DNA from: Hamiltosporidium tvaerminnensis FI-OER-3-3
Lineage: Eukaryota > Fungi > Microsporidia
Assembly: GCA_022605425.2 (NCBI GenBank)
Contig: CM061247.1
Location: forward strand, 1,054,001 to 1,118,000
DNA: 64,000 nt
Direction: 5' to 3'
This document shows positions 24,701 to 37,140 of the stretch, piece after piece. The notes below the pieces were generated by a model, which was not told the origin of the DNA, did no database searches, and saw only the letters and a program-made list of their open reading frames with translations. A program made the position numbers and the translations under genes. The number at the start of each line of letters is the position of its first letter. Positions within the stretch are counted from its first letter, which is position 1.

Positions 24701-25747
24701 CATAAAGCAAATGCCCACGAAGTAGAAGTGTACATTCACTCGATAGTTCAAGAAGAAAATCGAAACAGTTACTTTGACGGGCGAAAATATTCTGAGTGAG
24801 AAAAAATGTGGAAGAGAGTTATAAAGATCGTCATTGGATGTTTTTGAAAGATCTGAGGTGTATAAACAACACAACCTATTTAAAGCAACTTAATAACCAG
24901 GAGGATTTAGTCTAAATAGATAATAGAAAACACATCTTACTCCGTATTATTTTAAATAAAGTACCCACAGTGGAGGAACAGAAAATCAATGTAAATAAAA
25001 ATTTGGGTTTAGAACAATGTGTAAAATTGTAAAAACAGTAAAAAAATATTACAAGAGTCAGAAAATTTATTAACCAGATTTTCTTTAATATAATTAATTT
25101 CTATATTTAGAAAAAAAAATATGTGAAAACCACAATTTTTAAAAGATTCTTTTGAAAATATTATATAAACGATTCCATTTTTATTGTGTTCTAAAATTTA
25201 CTTAGTAAGTTTCTTAACTACAAAGTATTTTTTGAATCCAGCAATTTTACAGTTTATGAATATAAAAGATAATATATACTTTTAAACTAAATCTCTTGAT
25301 TTGAAAGCTTTCTGTTGAAAGCCACAATATAAAACATTAGAGATTTGAATTGCTCTCATTAAATATTTAATAGATAAAACTCAACATAAAATACACATAT
25401 TTCACTTCATTTAAAGAGCTTATTACAAACAACATTTAATTGAAAAGTTTAAATTTTAAAATATTTAGTATCAGGATTTAGTGAACAGAAAGAGAATGAG
25501 GAAATATTTTTCAAATTGAAATTTGTGTCTAATGTGTAAAACAAGGAAAAATAATATAATACACCTTAAAAAAGATATTTTTTATATAAAAAAAGGAAAA
25601 AGGTATTTAAATAAAAAACGAATTTTTTCAGAAAAAATTGAATTTGGAATCTTAAAAGTAAATTTCGTAAATAATTTTATATTTTTTAGCGTAATTTTAT
25701 CCTTTTTTTTTACTAAATCTTTAATAAATTCATTATGAGTTTATTTT

Positions 25748-26429
25748 TTATTCAAAACAATATCATATCTGCTTTCAAAAGTGGTATTTTTTTTAGTTTT
25801 TATGGCAAAAACCTTACTTAAAGTTTAACTCTGATTACTGCTCTTCTAACAGACTATAGGTATCCTCTAAGATACCATCATCTTAAATCCCCGTCTCAAC
25901 ATATAAGTGTAAAAACTTTAATAGGATCAAAGATTGCTTCGAATTCATTAATAGCTATTACATGAAATGTAATTTTAAGTCAAGTACCTATTGAGCTTCC
26001 CTAGTACTAGAACCATTCCTACTTACTTTACTTGTTAAAAAATATTTACATAGACTAAGATATATCTTATATATTTATATTGGGACTACCTAGAAATCGC
26101 ATTATCATACCAACAGATATATCCTACTATACAATCTTCTTAAATTTTTTCAATTGTATGTTTTTTTGTATCACGCAAACATTAGGTTTTATGCTCAAAG
26201 TGAACAAGGCTAGGTGTTTTGTTTTTACATGCCAAATTCTTAGAAGTTCAGCTTTTTTACAATCTAGTTACATAGAAAATCAATAAGCAAGTGTTTTAAG
26301 AAACTTCTCCCTTAAATATTCAAATAAAATAATTGAAAATCAGTGTCTCATTGTCTCATAAAAATCTAAAGAATAAATTCACACTAATTGTCAAGCAAAT
26401 AATTTTTAATGTGGTTATTCTTTTTTCAC
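25748..26429 (-). mobile_element. Family A SINE-like repeat, degenerate copy just downstream of RFC1
   Basis: Blocks agtgaacaaggctagg, caatctagttacatagaaaa, gtcaagca...aatgtggttattc at the expected spacing over ~680 bp. Confidence 0.7.
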
Positions 26430-26541
26430 TTAAAGACACAGAAAAAAATAATTGAATATTTAAAATTCATCTAAAGCTTATTAAAACTTAAATATTAAAT
26501 TCCATTTAAAAATAGTAAAAAAAACCATAAGAACACCGATT

Positions 26542-28359
26542 TTATTCCTCATAAATTACTTTTTCTTCTTCTTCGTTACTATCTATCTCTCCTTTTACTT
26601 TTTTAGTATCTTCTACGAAATAAGGAAGAACTCGTTTTAATTTCTTATAAAGTCTTGTTACTGTACTTTTACCTTTAGCTGGTACATCTTTAAGCCCTCC
26701 TAAATAACAAATCTCAATTATGTTTTCAATATCTTCTTTTAAAATTCCCATTTCTTCAATAATTTTAACACAATCTTCATATTTCTCCAAATAAATATTT
26801 CTTAAATATTTTTTACAAAAAACCATAGAATCGTACATTCTGTAACTTACCTTAGCTGGTGAATATGACTTGTATCCATGTAAAAAACATGTCAGTAAAT
26901 TTCTTTCATTTTTCATTTTTTTAGAATTTTGTCCTAAATAGTTAGAAAAATCTATTTTTTTATTCAAAGGTTTATTTGAAGGTAAAACCGAACTAAAAAA
27001 AGCGTGTACACCACTCAGTCCCCATTCTTGATTCGGTCCATGTATAATTCTATCAACAACATCTCCATAACTAATACTATCACTACTTATAACCACCTCA
27101 CTGATATGTAAATTACTTTTTAAATAATTTTCATGTACCATAAGCGGTACAAAACTGTAATCTTCAAAATAAACATCAATTTTTTCCCAAATTTTTTTCT
27201 TCATAAAAATATCCGCGCATAAATCAAAAATATTCCGCATAAACGTTTTTTTACACACCAAATTTATTTCCTCACTCGAAATTACATGTCGCAGACACAA
27301 AACCTGTAAAATATTTAAAATATATCTCATGTCTCCCTTCCCCTGCATAAACACCTCCTGAATCACAGAATCCCTCACATTTTTATTTTCCCTCTTTAAA
27401 ATTTCTCTCACCCGCCCCAAAACCTGCCTAAAGTCCAATTTTCTAAATCGCAAATCCAAACTATAATTAGCAACCCCTCGTATCTTCATATTACTTCGAT
27501 CGTTACAAATACAAATAATAGGAATTCTACTCTTCTTAATAATAACACCCAATTCCGCCAACCCTCCCCTATCACTAGTCATACCATCTATCTCATCCAT
27601 AATTAAAACTTTCCTTTCTAATCCATTATTACTTCCCAAATTAAAATTATTTAAATTATTTTTTATTTTTTTATTTAGTTCACCTTTGTTTCTTACATCA
27701 CTCGCATTAAACTCAATACACGTTAAATTACACTCTTTTGCCGCCAAATACGCCGCCGTAGTCTTTCCTACCCCGGGACTGCCAGATAATAAAACTGATT
27801 TGTAATCAGTTTTTCCCTTCAAAAAATTTACTAATTGGGAAAAAATATTTTGGTTTCCAATCAACTCTTCTTTACTCTTTGGTCTGTATTTTTCACTCCA
27901 GGGTTCTTCTGAAGAGATCCGAATGTCGTCTAGGTCTTTAAATTCTCTGTAATGTATGTCTTTAAATTCTTTGTCATGTATGTCTTTATATTCTTTGTCA
28001 TGTTTGTCTTCGTCTTTACTATCTACTCTAATGGGTTCTTTATCATCATTTTTATACTCCAAATCTACAACTTCTCGGTCTTCAAAGTTCTTAGATTTAC
28101 TTTCAATAAAATCTAAAAACTGCTTCTCGGTCAAAACAAGGATTCCAAGTTCTTTAGCTTTTGCCATTTTAGAAGGACCGGGCTCATTACCTGCTACTAG
28201 ATATGTAGTGCGCCTTGATGGTAAAGAAGTGTATCGCCCTCCTAACATTACTACCTTCTGTTGTGCTACTTCTCTGGGCATCTCCATCTCACCAGTAAAT
28301 ACAAAACAAGTGTCTTTTAAAGGCTCACTAGTTTCTTCTATTTTTCTTTTAACAACCAT
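26542..28359 (-). CDS. RFC1: Replication factor C large subunit (BRCT plus AAA+)
   Basis: BRCT (FVFTGEM..GGRYTSLPSRRTTYLVAGNEPGPSK), WSEKYRP, GSPGVGKTT, EFNASDVR, MDEIDGM, PIICICND, PLMVHENY. Start context CCC-ATG. Confidence 0.95.
   Translation of the reverse strand: MVVKRKIEETSEPLKDTCFVFTGEMEMPREVAQQKVVMLGGRYTSLPSRRTTYLVAGNEPGPSKMAKAKELGILVLTEKQFLDFIESKSKNFEDREVVDLEYKNDDKEPIRVDSKDEDKHDKEYKDIHDKEFKDIHYREFKDLDDIRISSEEPWSEKYRPKSKEELIGNQNIFSQLVNFLKGKTDYKSVLLSGSPGVGKTTAAYLAAKECNLTCIEFNASDVRNKGELNKKIKNNLNNFNLGSNNGLERKVLIMDEIDGMTSDRGGLAELGVIIKKSRIPIICICNDRSNMKIRGVANYSLDLRFRKLDFRQVLGRVREILKRENKNVRDSVIQEVFMQGKGDMRYILNILQVLCLRHVISSEEINLVCKKTFMRNIFDLCADIFMKKKIWEKIDVYFEDYSFVPLMVHENYLKSNLHISEVVISSDSISYGDVVDRIIHGPNQEWGLSGVHAFFSSVLPSNKPLNKKIDFSNYLGQNSKKMKNERNLLTCFLHGYKSYSPAKVSYRMYDSMVFCKKYLRNIYLEKYEDCVKIIEEMGILKEDIENIIEICYLGGLKDVPAKGKSTVTRLYKKLKRVLPYFVEDTKKVKGEIDSNEEEEKVIYEE
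27934..28005. repeat. 3 x 24-bp in-frame tandem repeat in the RFC1 BRCT-AAA linker
   Basis: gtcttta(a/t)attct(c/t)tgt(a/c)atgt(a/t)t x3, encoding the (D)IHDKEFK-type repeat. Confidence 0.85.
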
Positions 28360-28605
28360 GGGTTTTTATACAACGGGTTATCGTTAATAAATAGTATGCA
28401 TGTTTAACAGGGTGTTAATCATTGTAATATTTATCCCATTTTTTAACACCCCTTTATTTACACGAATATTAATATACTTAAGAGGTTGTTAAATAGTATA
28501 ATATTTACAATTTTTTTAACACCCCTTTATTAGACACTAATATTAATTTCCCAATTTGAAAGGGTGTTATTTATAATAATATAATTACAACATTAACACC
28601 CCCTA
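28360..28605. promoter_or_regulatory. Bidirectional promoter region of RFC1/UBC12 with repeated AACACCC/GGGTGTT motifs
   Basis: 246 bp between divergent ATGs, with a CCC next to each ATG. Quasi-palindrome ttaacagggtgttaa at 28404-28418; ttttaacacccctttatt twice; agggtgtta; taacaccccc. Confidence 0.7.
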
Positions 28606-29049
28606 ATGTTCTCTTCTTATAGGCTCACCAAAGAATTAAAAAATATTGATTTACCACCAAACACATCCCTAAAACTAAACAAAGAAGAAGAAACAACCAC
28701 CTCTTTATTTACTGACATTCTTATATTTAAAATGTACATTTCTACTGGTCTCTACAGAAATAGAAATTTAACTTTTAAAATAAAAATACCGGTCGAATAC
28801 CCATTCAAAGGGCCAAAAGTATTTTGTATGGATAAAATTTACCACCCCAATATAGATTTTGATGGTAATGTTTGTATAAATATACTTAGAGACGACTGGA
28901 CAAGTGCTCTAGGTGTACAGATAGTTTTATACGGTATTATTTTACTGTTTGATACTGTTACACACGAAAATGCTTTAAATACTGAAGTAGGAGATATGAT
29001 GGTTAATAATTATACAGAATTTGAAAGACTAGCAAGGGTATACAAATAA
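28606..29049 (+). CDS. UBC12: NEDD8-conjugating E2 enzyme Ubc12 (UBE2M)
   Basis: RLTKELKNIDLP; YPFKGPKVFC..KIYHPNIDFDGNVCINILRDDW with the catalytic Cys. The GNVC.NILR.DW context is typical of Ubc12. Confidence 0.8.
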   Translation: MFSSYRLTKELKNIDLPPNTSLKLNKEEETTTSLFTDILIFKMYISTGLYRNRNLTFKIKIPVEYPFKGPKVFCMDKIYHPNIDFDGNVCINILRDDWTSALGVQIVLYGIILLFDTVTHENALNTEVGDMMVNNYTEFERLARVYK

Positions 29050-29509
29050 AAGAGTAAGGCGAGGGATAAAATTAAGTGAAAAGATTTTTATTATGAAATG
29101 ATTTAGAAGACTAGCAATTGTATACAAATAAATGAATGAAGGGTATGATATAAGATTATAATATATATTCTTAATAAGACATGAGACTAGGCAGGGAAAT
29201 ATAAGAAAGGAAAAATACTTATAGCATTTAAAGATTGATTAAATATTTTATACATCTAATGTAAATTACTTCTTAATTATTAATGATTAAAGAACAGAAA
29301 ACCGAAAATTATGTTTTTACTTACAATAAAGTAAAAGTTTTGACTAAAACATTGATTTTATATATTTAATTTCTTTGACACATTTTCAATATAATCTTGA
29401 TTAAGAAAGTAAAGGATATTGCAATTAAAATAAGATTGATTTGCTTGTGGTTTTGCTAATGTAAAGAGATTTTATAAAGTTGATGCTTAACAGAATAAAT
29501 TTTTAAAAC

Positions 29510-30228
29510 TTTATTTAAAAGTATCACATCTTTTTAAAACAGTGGCAAGTGTTATATTTTTTTTCATGAAATTTACGCATTTCTGGGTTTAATATAAATA
29601 ACCGCTACCCTCAACACACCATCGGTACTCCTTGCGATACATAGGTACCAAAGCCTTTCATTTAAAAGGTAATAGAACCTAATTAATAGGCGAGGTAGTT
29701 GCCCAGAGTTCGTTAATGTTCGCTGTATGAAGTGTATTCCAGGCTCAACACACCCTAGGTTATCCAAGACAATCCAGTGTTTTCACTTACTTTATAGCTG
29801 CTGAATGTAATAAACTTCCAACCATGATACATCTCGCCAACTTACATAGTTCCACTTAAACAGTGCCATGCCAACCTACAAATACCTGCTACTTAACTTT
29901 CCCAGCTTTAAGGGCTGCTATTTGTATGTCTCAGGCGGTAAGTCTTCGAACCCAAGTGGGAAAAGCTAGGTTCAAATGCTTTTATACGGCAATTATCTAT
30001 TAATTCGGCTGCGGTCTCCGATCAAGTTACATAAAAATATACAAAATAAATTTATAGGAAAATTTTGCTACTTTGTAGACTTCTTCCTCATACAAAATTC
30101 TTCAGAACAACTGAAAATGATGTGTAGTTTTGTTCTTACCAAAAATAAAAACTGTATCTTTATATCAGTTTCAGATATTCATTGCTAAGTAGTAAGTTTT
30201 GGGATGGTATCATCCTTCCTCTACCCAC
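29510..30228 (-). mobile_element. Family A SINE-like repeat copy 4 (diverged subfamily)
   Basis: 3' terminus (tttatttaaaagtatcacatctttttaaaacagtgg) nearly identical to copy 5; the body is diverged but colinear. Confidence 0.85.
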
Positions 30229-30893
30229 TTTATTAAAATTAAAAAAAAAAGTAAATTCATTTATAATACCCAACTGTTCATATTCTAGCTTAAGTCTAAG
30301 ATTCGTCATTTTAGAAATATCAAACAATAATTTAATGTTGAAAACAAACCAGAAAGGATACGAGGTGTTGTCGTATTTAAACACTTTAAAGAATATTACA
30401 GTTAATTTTGACTTTAAAAATGAAAATATATGCTTTCGCAAACAACAAATGAATTAATCAAATCAAAGTGTCAAAACGATATCCTTAAAAAAAATACTTT
30501 CAAACAAAATAATCACCACTTGTATAAGAAATAAGAGATTTACAATAAAAAATCTACGAAATTTCAGTCAAACCAGAACTCAAATACAATTTTTTATTTA
30601 TATAATCTATGTATTCAAGATAAAATTACATCTAAAATTTCTTATAAGAACTTCAAATACTTTTTATATTAATGCAATCAATATAAAAGTAAAAGAAATT
30701 CAAACTATCAATGAGTAAGTGGAACATTGACAGATATATGTTGATAAAACAATGTTTGCTTAATTTATCAGTTGATTAAAATGTATTTGACTTGAAGGCT
30801 AAATTTATAATAAAACAATTTCTAAAATATCTTTATATAACTTATAATTTAATTTTCAAAGATAAAAGAAAGAATGTAAATATAATTTATAAC

Positions 30894-33195
30894 ATGGATG
30901 GTACTTTGTTTCATATCTTGTATATCATAATATCGTTGGAGTTTGTCGTAACTCGAAAATATATTTCTAGCCTTCAAAAAAATGAAAATTCCAATATTGT
31001 ATTTTTTCGACTTAATACAAAAGAAATGCTGTTCAGTACAGCAATAGATAAAAATTATCAATTAAAGATCACATTTTGTGATGATCTGAAGTTCTTTGAT
31101 GAAAAAATACCCGTGTTTACATACAAAAAAGAGAAATTTATTGGTTTTGAAGTTTTAAACATAGTTTTATCTTCAAGCGTTACCGATGGAATATACAAGA
31201 ACATAATTTTCGAGTCTGATTTCGAATTATCTTATTTTCTTAGGCTAAAAAAAGATATAGCTGAATTTCCTTTCGTGTTTAATAATTATCAGTTTTAATG
31301 TATGTTGACAGTTTTGAAATGTCTAAAGGCGGTATAAAATAGTAGATTAATTGAATTTTTTCAGATGCTTATATTTAATAATGCCATGAATTAAAATAAC
31401 AATTGTTTGAAAAAAAGATATTTAAATCTTGAAGAAATACACAAATCGGGTTTTTGTCACAGAAATAGATATTTCTACCATAAAAAAACATTATTTCTGG
31501 TTATTTAGATCTTCTCATCTTGAAATATTCGACATAGAAAGAAATTTAATTCTTTTGGAAAACATTAATGAATCTTATGATTCAACACTTATTGATAAAT
31601 GTGCTCCATACAAAACTTTAATGATAAATAATTTAAAAGTCCTTTGTATCTTAGAAAAGTTATTTAAAAATATACTTTTCAACCATTTTTCAGGTGCTTT
31701 TGAACATAATCAATATATAATCATTCGTATTAAACAATAATTAAGTATATTCTGTTCCAGATAAAAATTCTAAACCTACCATATTTTCGATGTCAATTTT
31801 TAAATCTATTACAATTGTAGATTTCAAAGAAATATCTTCACTTTTTTTTTGAAATGTATTAGTAAATCTATTAGCTGCGAACTTGATTTTTTAGGATCAA
31901 TAAATTGCATTTGATCGGGATACACTGGATTTATTTTAAAAATTCAAAGATTGAAAGGGTTGATGTTAAATAATCTATATTCCCCATTGAATACCAATTT
32001 TCTAGAAGAAAATAAAGAATCGAGTAAACCTTTGGAAGATATTAATTTTAGAAACATTAGAGTAAGTTCTGTATGGTGGAATTTGATTTTTCAAAAAGAA
32101 AATATTTGAAAAATTATATTATATTTGTATAATAAAGAAGCACAAAATATTTTTTAACATGAGTTTTATAAGGTAGAATCATACATAATCTGCTACTCGT
32201 TTCTGAAATCGTATTCTTTCATCATAAAATATTGTTCGAAATTTGTAAGGCTTGGAGTAATTTTTCATATTTACCCACCTTAAAAATCTTTAGATATGAA
32301 GTTGAATCTGAAACAAAAGTTTAGTTGCATAATTCCATCACTAATATGCAAAAATTGTTTCATTTTACAATACAGGAACCCATTTTTAGGAATAAATTAT
32401 TAAATAACTCATTAGACTTGAATAGAATCATAAATTTAAAGTTTAAAAACGATTATTTAAATAAAAAATCATCTTAACTAAATTCAATTTTTCTACAGCT
32501 TTAACCAAAGTCGTTGTACTTTACACAGAAATCAGCCAATCTGCGCTAATAAAAATTTTCAGACTAGAAAATTTAAGAGATGTATCATTAAGATTTTGCA
32601 AAATAGAATTCAAAATTCCAAAAGAACCACTCTTTTTTATGTTAAAAAACATTATATCATTGAGTTTAAAGTGAAAAAACTTAGTTGTTATGAATCGTAG
32701 ATATTTTAAGCAAACTTGATTGTATAGAAAAATTAGAACTATGTAGACTAGGTCTGCCAACTGGTTATTTATCAAAGTTAAGAATGCTGTGAAATTCTAA
32801 AATTAAAAGCACTTTCGTATGATTTAGGTAATTTAGATATGAATGACTTGAATAGATTAAAAAACTTATGGTTTTGGAAGAATTGGATCTTTGAGAATGT
32901 TTACTTCCAGAAAGGAGTTTCTGTAATTAAATTAATAGTTGTCAATTTTTTAGTTCTTTGACAAAGTTAGCTTTATTTCAGGTTAAAATATATAATGAAG
33001 ATCTTATTTATTTGAAAAAATTTAGTAACCTTAAGACTTTATCAATGCTTCTCGCATATTTTGATATATTAACTTTAAAAAATTGTTTGGTTACGCTACA
33101 ATTATGTAATTTTTTAACAAACAATATAATACCGAATCTGACTACTTAAAACCGTCTGCATATCTTAAGGAACAAGATATTAGTATTATGCGATG
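30894..33195 (+). pseudogene. Disrupted lineage-specific LRR-family gene with an N-terminal signal peptide
   Basis: MDGTLFHILYIIISLEFV; ESDFELSYFLRL shared with the paralogue at 40272; C-terminal LxxLxL pieces (LTKLAL, FSNLKTLSM). Many stops and frameshifts. Confidence 0.7.
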
Positions 33196-35593
33196 ATAAA
33201 TATTATTTCTTAGTTCTTTTATTTTGGCTGATATTATACATTGTATTTGAGCATCACTTATTTTTTTCAAAAAAACAATTCAAATACTTCTTTAAGTGAA
33301 TTTATAATAAAAAATCAGTTATATTAGAATACTAAAGTACTAATTTTTTTTTAAAATATAATAATTTGATTTTTATTGGATTATATATTTCTAATTAGGT
33401 GTATTTCCTCTTATATTATCGTTAAATATCATATAAAAAAACTTTAATTGTTAAATAATCGATTCATTACGATTAAAGTATAAAAGATTTTAATTTCAAC
33501 ACATGTGATTAATTCATTGAATTTATTTTTTTCATAGGAGATAAATAATACATTTTATCAAAATATTATTAACTGAGATACTTTTTAATTTATTTAAACC
33601 ATATTCAACCTTATATATTCCATTCACGATCCTACTTGGATTTTACTTGAAAATTATTATTATTTAGTAAAATTTTCTATAATTGAGATAAATTCTTATA
33701 ATTTTACTTTTTATTTATATAGTTAAAAATGTGGCGAAATCGTTTGATAATATTCAAAAAAACATAAATAACTCTTTTAAATGTATTTGTTTGTTTGCTA
33801 TTATGAGCTATTTTAGTAAAAATTTACTTGACGGGTTGTTTTTCTTTCAAATTTCTCTTGGTGACTTCCGCGTCCTTATTGTTTAATCCTACTTGTTCAT
33901 CATTTTATATAATCATCATTGTTTGCTAAATCTTTTAATTTCGGTTATTCTATTTATAAGCTCGGTTTTGGCTTTGTGTTTCTTTCCCAAATTCTTAAAA
34001 TTCCATTGAAAATATTTTTAATGAATTTATGAATTGTCTGTGTCATTCAACCCTTTGTATAGCACCATTATGTACGTTTAGACCTCGAACCAGCTCTTGG
34101 TCCTAACTTTGATTTATTTCCAGCCAAATTAATTGATTAAACTGCTTATCTGTATATTTATAATTAAATATATGGCACTATTTTTACTATTATTCAAGCC
34201 TTTTTGAGGTCCCTTTTACTTTAAGTTAAAATACACACATTTTTAATAATTATTCGAAAATATATTCTTAGAAAAACAAATAGCATTACGCAATGTGCTT
34301 CAAGTCTTTTAAGCTTTCTAACCAAAAATTTTTTATTGGCATCGAATAATTCCTTTTTAGGAACTTATATTAAAACAATTCATTTTTTAAATCAATTATA
34401 ATGTGATAACGATATAAAATATGAAATACTTTAAAAATCACTAAATATCTGTAAGAATAAAAAATAAATCGTGTAGTTTACCTCGGATCGCAGAAAAGAA
34501 ATCGAACCAAGATAAACTCGATTAGAACACGGGAAAGGCAGGCACATATATCATAGAAACAGCATATATACAACAAATTATATACCAGTTACACGTATAT
34601 ATTATCTAACAGATGATTCTTAGCGGATTTAAACTGAAAACTTTAATTAAGAGAAAGAAAAAAATGATGTATCGACTCAAAAATTCAGATACAAGGAAAT
34701 ATTATAAAATAAGACTGTAAAACAATTTATATAAGCTTTAAAATAAAGATAATTATCTCAAATGAAAATAGCTTTAGTTGTAAATTATTTAATTTTAAAT
34801 ATGCTATCTGGCAACATAAAATGATTTCAAAAATATTTTTAAAAAAATATATATTTGATTTATTGACTTATATATTGTAAAGAATAATATGAAAAAAACA
34901 GTGAAAAGTATTTTTAAATAAATTAAAGTTAGAATTGCAGAAAATACCATTTTTTAATCAAAAAAACATACTAAGCTTCGTAAATAGTATATTTAATGTA
35001 TTTATAGCATAAAAATATCTGTGATAAAGAAAAGAAAGATATTTGAAACATAAAACTTCCATAAACTTCAAATTATTTAAACTTACAACTAAATATTTCA
35101 AAAGATTCGTCAAATATTCACAAAGATACCCTAAAATTTATTATTATATGTTAAATTATCAATTTATTATGTGGTATTCGTTAAAATATAGTAAAAATTA
35201 GAAGTTATTTAATGAAGTATAATTATTTAAAATTAAAATAATATTTAAAATGCTATTTATACTTTTTATAAACCAAAATATAAGAAAATAGATTTTTATT
35301 ATCAACGTATAGAAATTAGAATTCATAAAGACTTAACCTAAAGATAAATTATATTTTTTAATAACAATAAAAGCCAAAAAACGTTGTATTTTTTGTCTGT
35401 TAAACATACCCATAAATTTTCTACGTAATATCACATCTTATACAACCTATCTTTATAATTAAACTCTCTTCAATATCCAATATATTTTTAGAACCTTAAC
35501 ACCTCGCATTATTTATTCTTATAATTGAAATCCTTTAATACCTAATATATCCCTTATATCCTTAACACACCCTATACAATATAAATACTTCTA

Positions 35594-35919
35594 TAACTAA
35601 AACCCCTTTATCATTAGTACTAAATCTCTTATATCCTTAACACCTTTTATTGTCTATATATATAACTAAAACCCCTTTATCATTAGTACTATATCTCTTA
35701 TATCCTTAACACCTTTTATTCTCTATAGATATAGCTAAAACCCCTTTATCATTAGTACTATATCTCTTATATCCTTAACACCTTTTATTCTCTATATATA
35801 TAACTAAACCCCCTTTATCATTAGTACTATATCTCTTATATCCTTAACACCTTTTATTCTCTCTATATATAACTAAAACCCCTTTATCATTAGTACTATA
35901 TCTCTTATATCCTTAACAC
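35594..35919. repeat. 69-bp tandem repeat (~4.7 copies) duplicating the RRP40 3' end including the stop codon
   Basis: Unit starts at 35594, 35663, 35732, 35801 and 35870; the last unit overlaps the CDS. Confidence 0.95.
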
Positions 35920-36589
35920 TATCACTCTCCACCCATATCCTACCATTAACACCGATCCCTATCCTATACTTATAACCCCTTCCAATATTACCCAAACATT
36001 CTTTAAAATAATGTTTATCAAAAAGTAATCTAACACACTTTTTCCTACCCACATAGAAATAACACCCTACTACTCCTAACCCTTCTTCTTTACAACTTAA
36101 CAGTACCTCAAAACCCCCTTTAATTACTCTACTGTAAATAACATCCCCCTTCTTTAAATCTGGTTTATTACGTTTATTTGCATTAATAAAGTTTAACAGG
36201 GGTAAAATACCGATGCAACCGTTTCCCAATTCTATCTTGTAATACTCTGAACAGACGTATATAACACTTCCTATTACTAGGTCACCTACAGATATAACAA
36301 CCCTTTCTGTCATAGAATATACAAACCATCTTCTATCAGATAAAGGGGTATTAGTAGTACTGAGAGTAGAAGGATATAAATGGGTGTTAATATTAGTCGT
36401 ATTACTAGTGTGTAAAGGGGTGTTAGTACCTTTATTGTTTGAAATGCTGGAATTCGTTTCGTTTGGCTTTTCATATAGAAATAACGTACCCATAGTTGTA
36501 ACAGATCCATTAATTATTTCAATTGACTTAATACCTTCTTCTTTTACTTCATCACCTACCAAAACATTTCTTATTGCTTTTACTGTCAT
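35873..36589 (-). CDS. RRP40: Exosome cap subunit Rrp40 (S1 plus KH domains)
   Basis: VGDLVIG, LNFINANKRNKPDLKKGDVIYSRV, IGIGVNGRIWV. Carries a T/N/S/P-rich insert near the N-terminus. Confidence 0.88.
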   Translation of the reverse strand: MTVKAIRNVLVGDEVKEEGIKSIEIINGSVTTMGTLFLYEKPNETNSSISNNKGTNTPLHTSNTTNINTHLYPSTLSTTNTPLSDRRWFVYSMTERVVISVGDLVIGSVIYVCSEYYKIELGNGCIGILPLLNFINANKRNKPDLKKGDVIYSRVIKGGFEVLLSCKEEGLGVVGCYFYVGRKKCVRLLFDKHYFKECLGNIGRGYKYRIGIGVNGRIWVESDSVKDIRDIVLMIKGF

Positions 36590-36944
36590 ATGGGTTGATT
36601 ATAACAAGGAAAATATAAGTAAAATGTGTGTACTGTGGTGGGGTGTTTACAAATAGTGGAATATGTGATTTTATTAAACGGGTTTTGGTAGAAAGGTACA
36701 TTTATATGAGGGGGGGCTGGTAATATCGCTATTGAGACATTTAGAAATAACAAATACACAAGGTTACTAAATATAATACGATTACTAACTACAATTTATA
36801 AAAATAAATGTCAATTTCATTGTTCAAGTCAACATAAAACTACTAATCGATATCAAGATTTAGAATAATTGACGCGAAATATTTATTTTAGATAAAACCA
36901 AAAATAAAATACCCCTCAGTTAAGTAAGAATGACTTTTTACTTC

Positions 36945-37140
36945 AAATATTTAAAACTGAAAAACTTAGGAAGTATGACCTATTAGCTTATGAATTGTAT
37001 CTTATCTATAAGTAAGCGTTAAGATAATTCCTTATGAGATAACCTGGAACGTTATTGTGACAAAATACTATAAGATGTATCTTAAAAGACTACAAATACT
37101 CATGAATATAGAGACAAAAATTAAGTATATTGTACTTAAA
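36945..37140 (+). mobile_element. Fragment of the RLE domain of the same LINE family
   Basis: aaaaacttaggaagtatga...agataattc...ctggaacg matches 22900-23080. Confidence 0.8.

Noticed and set aside
34530-34580. ggcaggcacatata resembling the U6 snRNA 5' region
   Set aside because: No ACAGAGA box or downstream U6 core.
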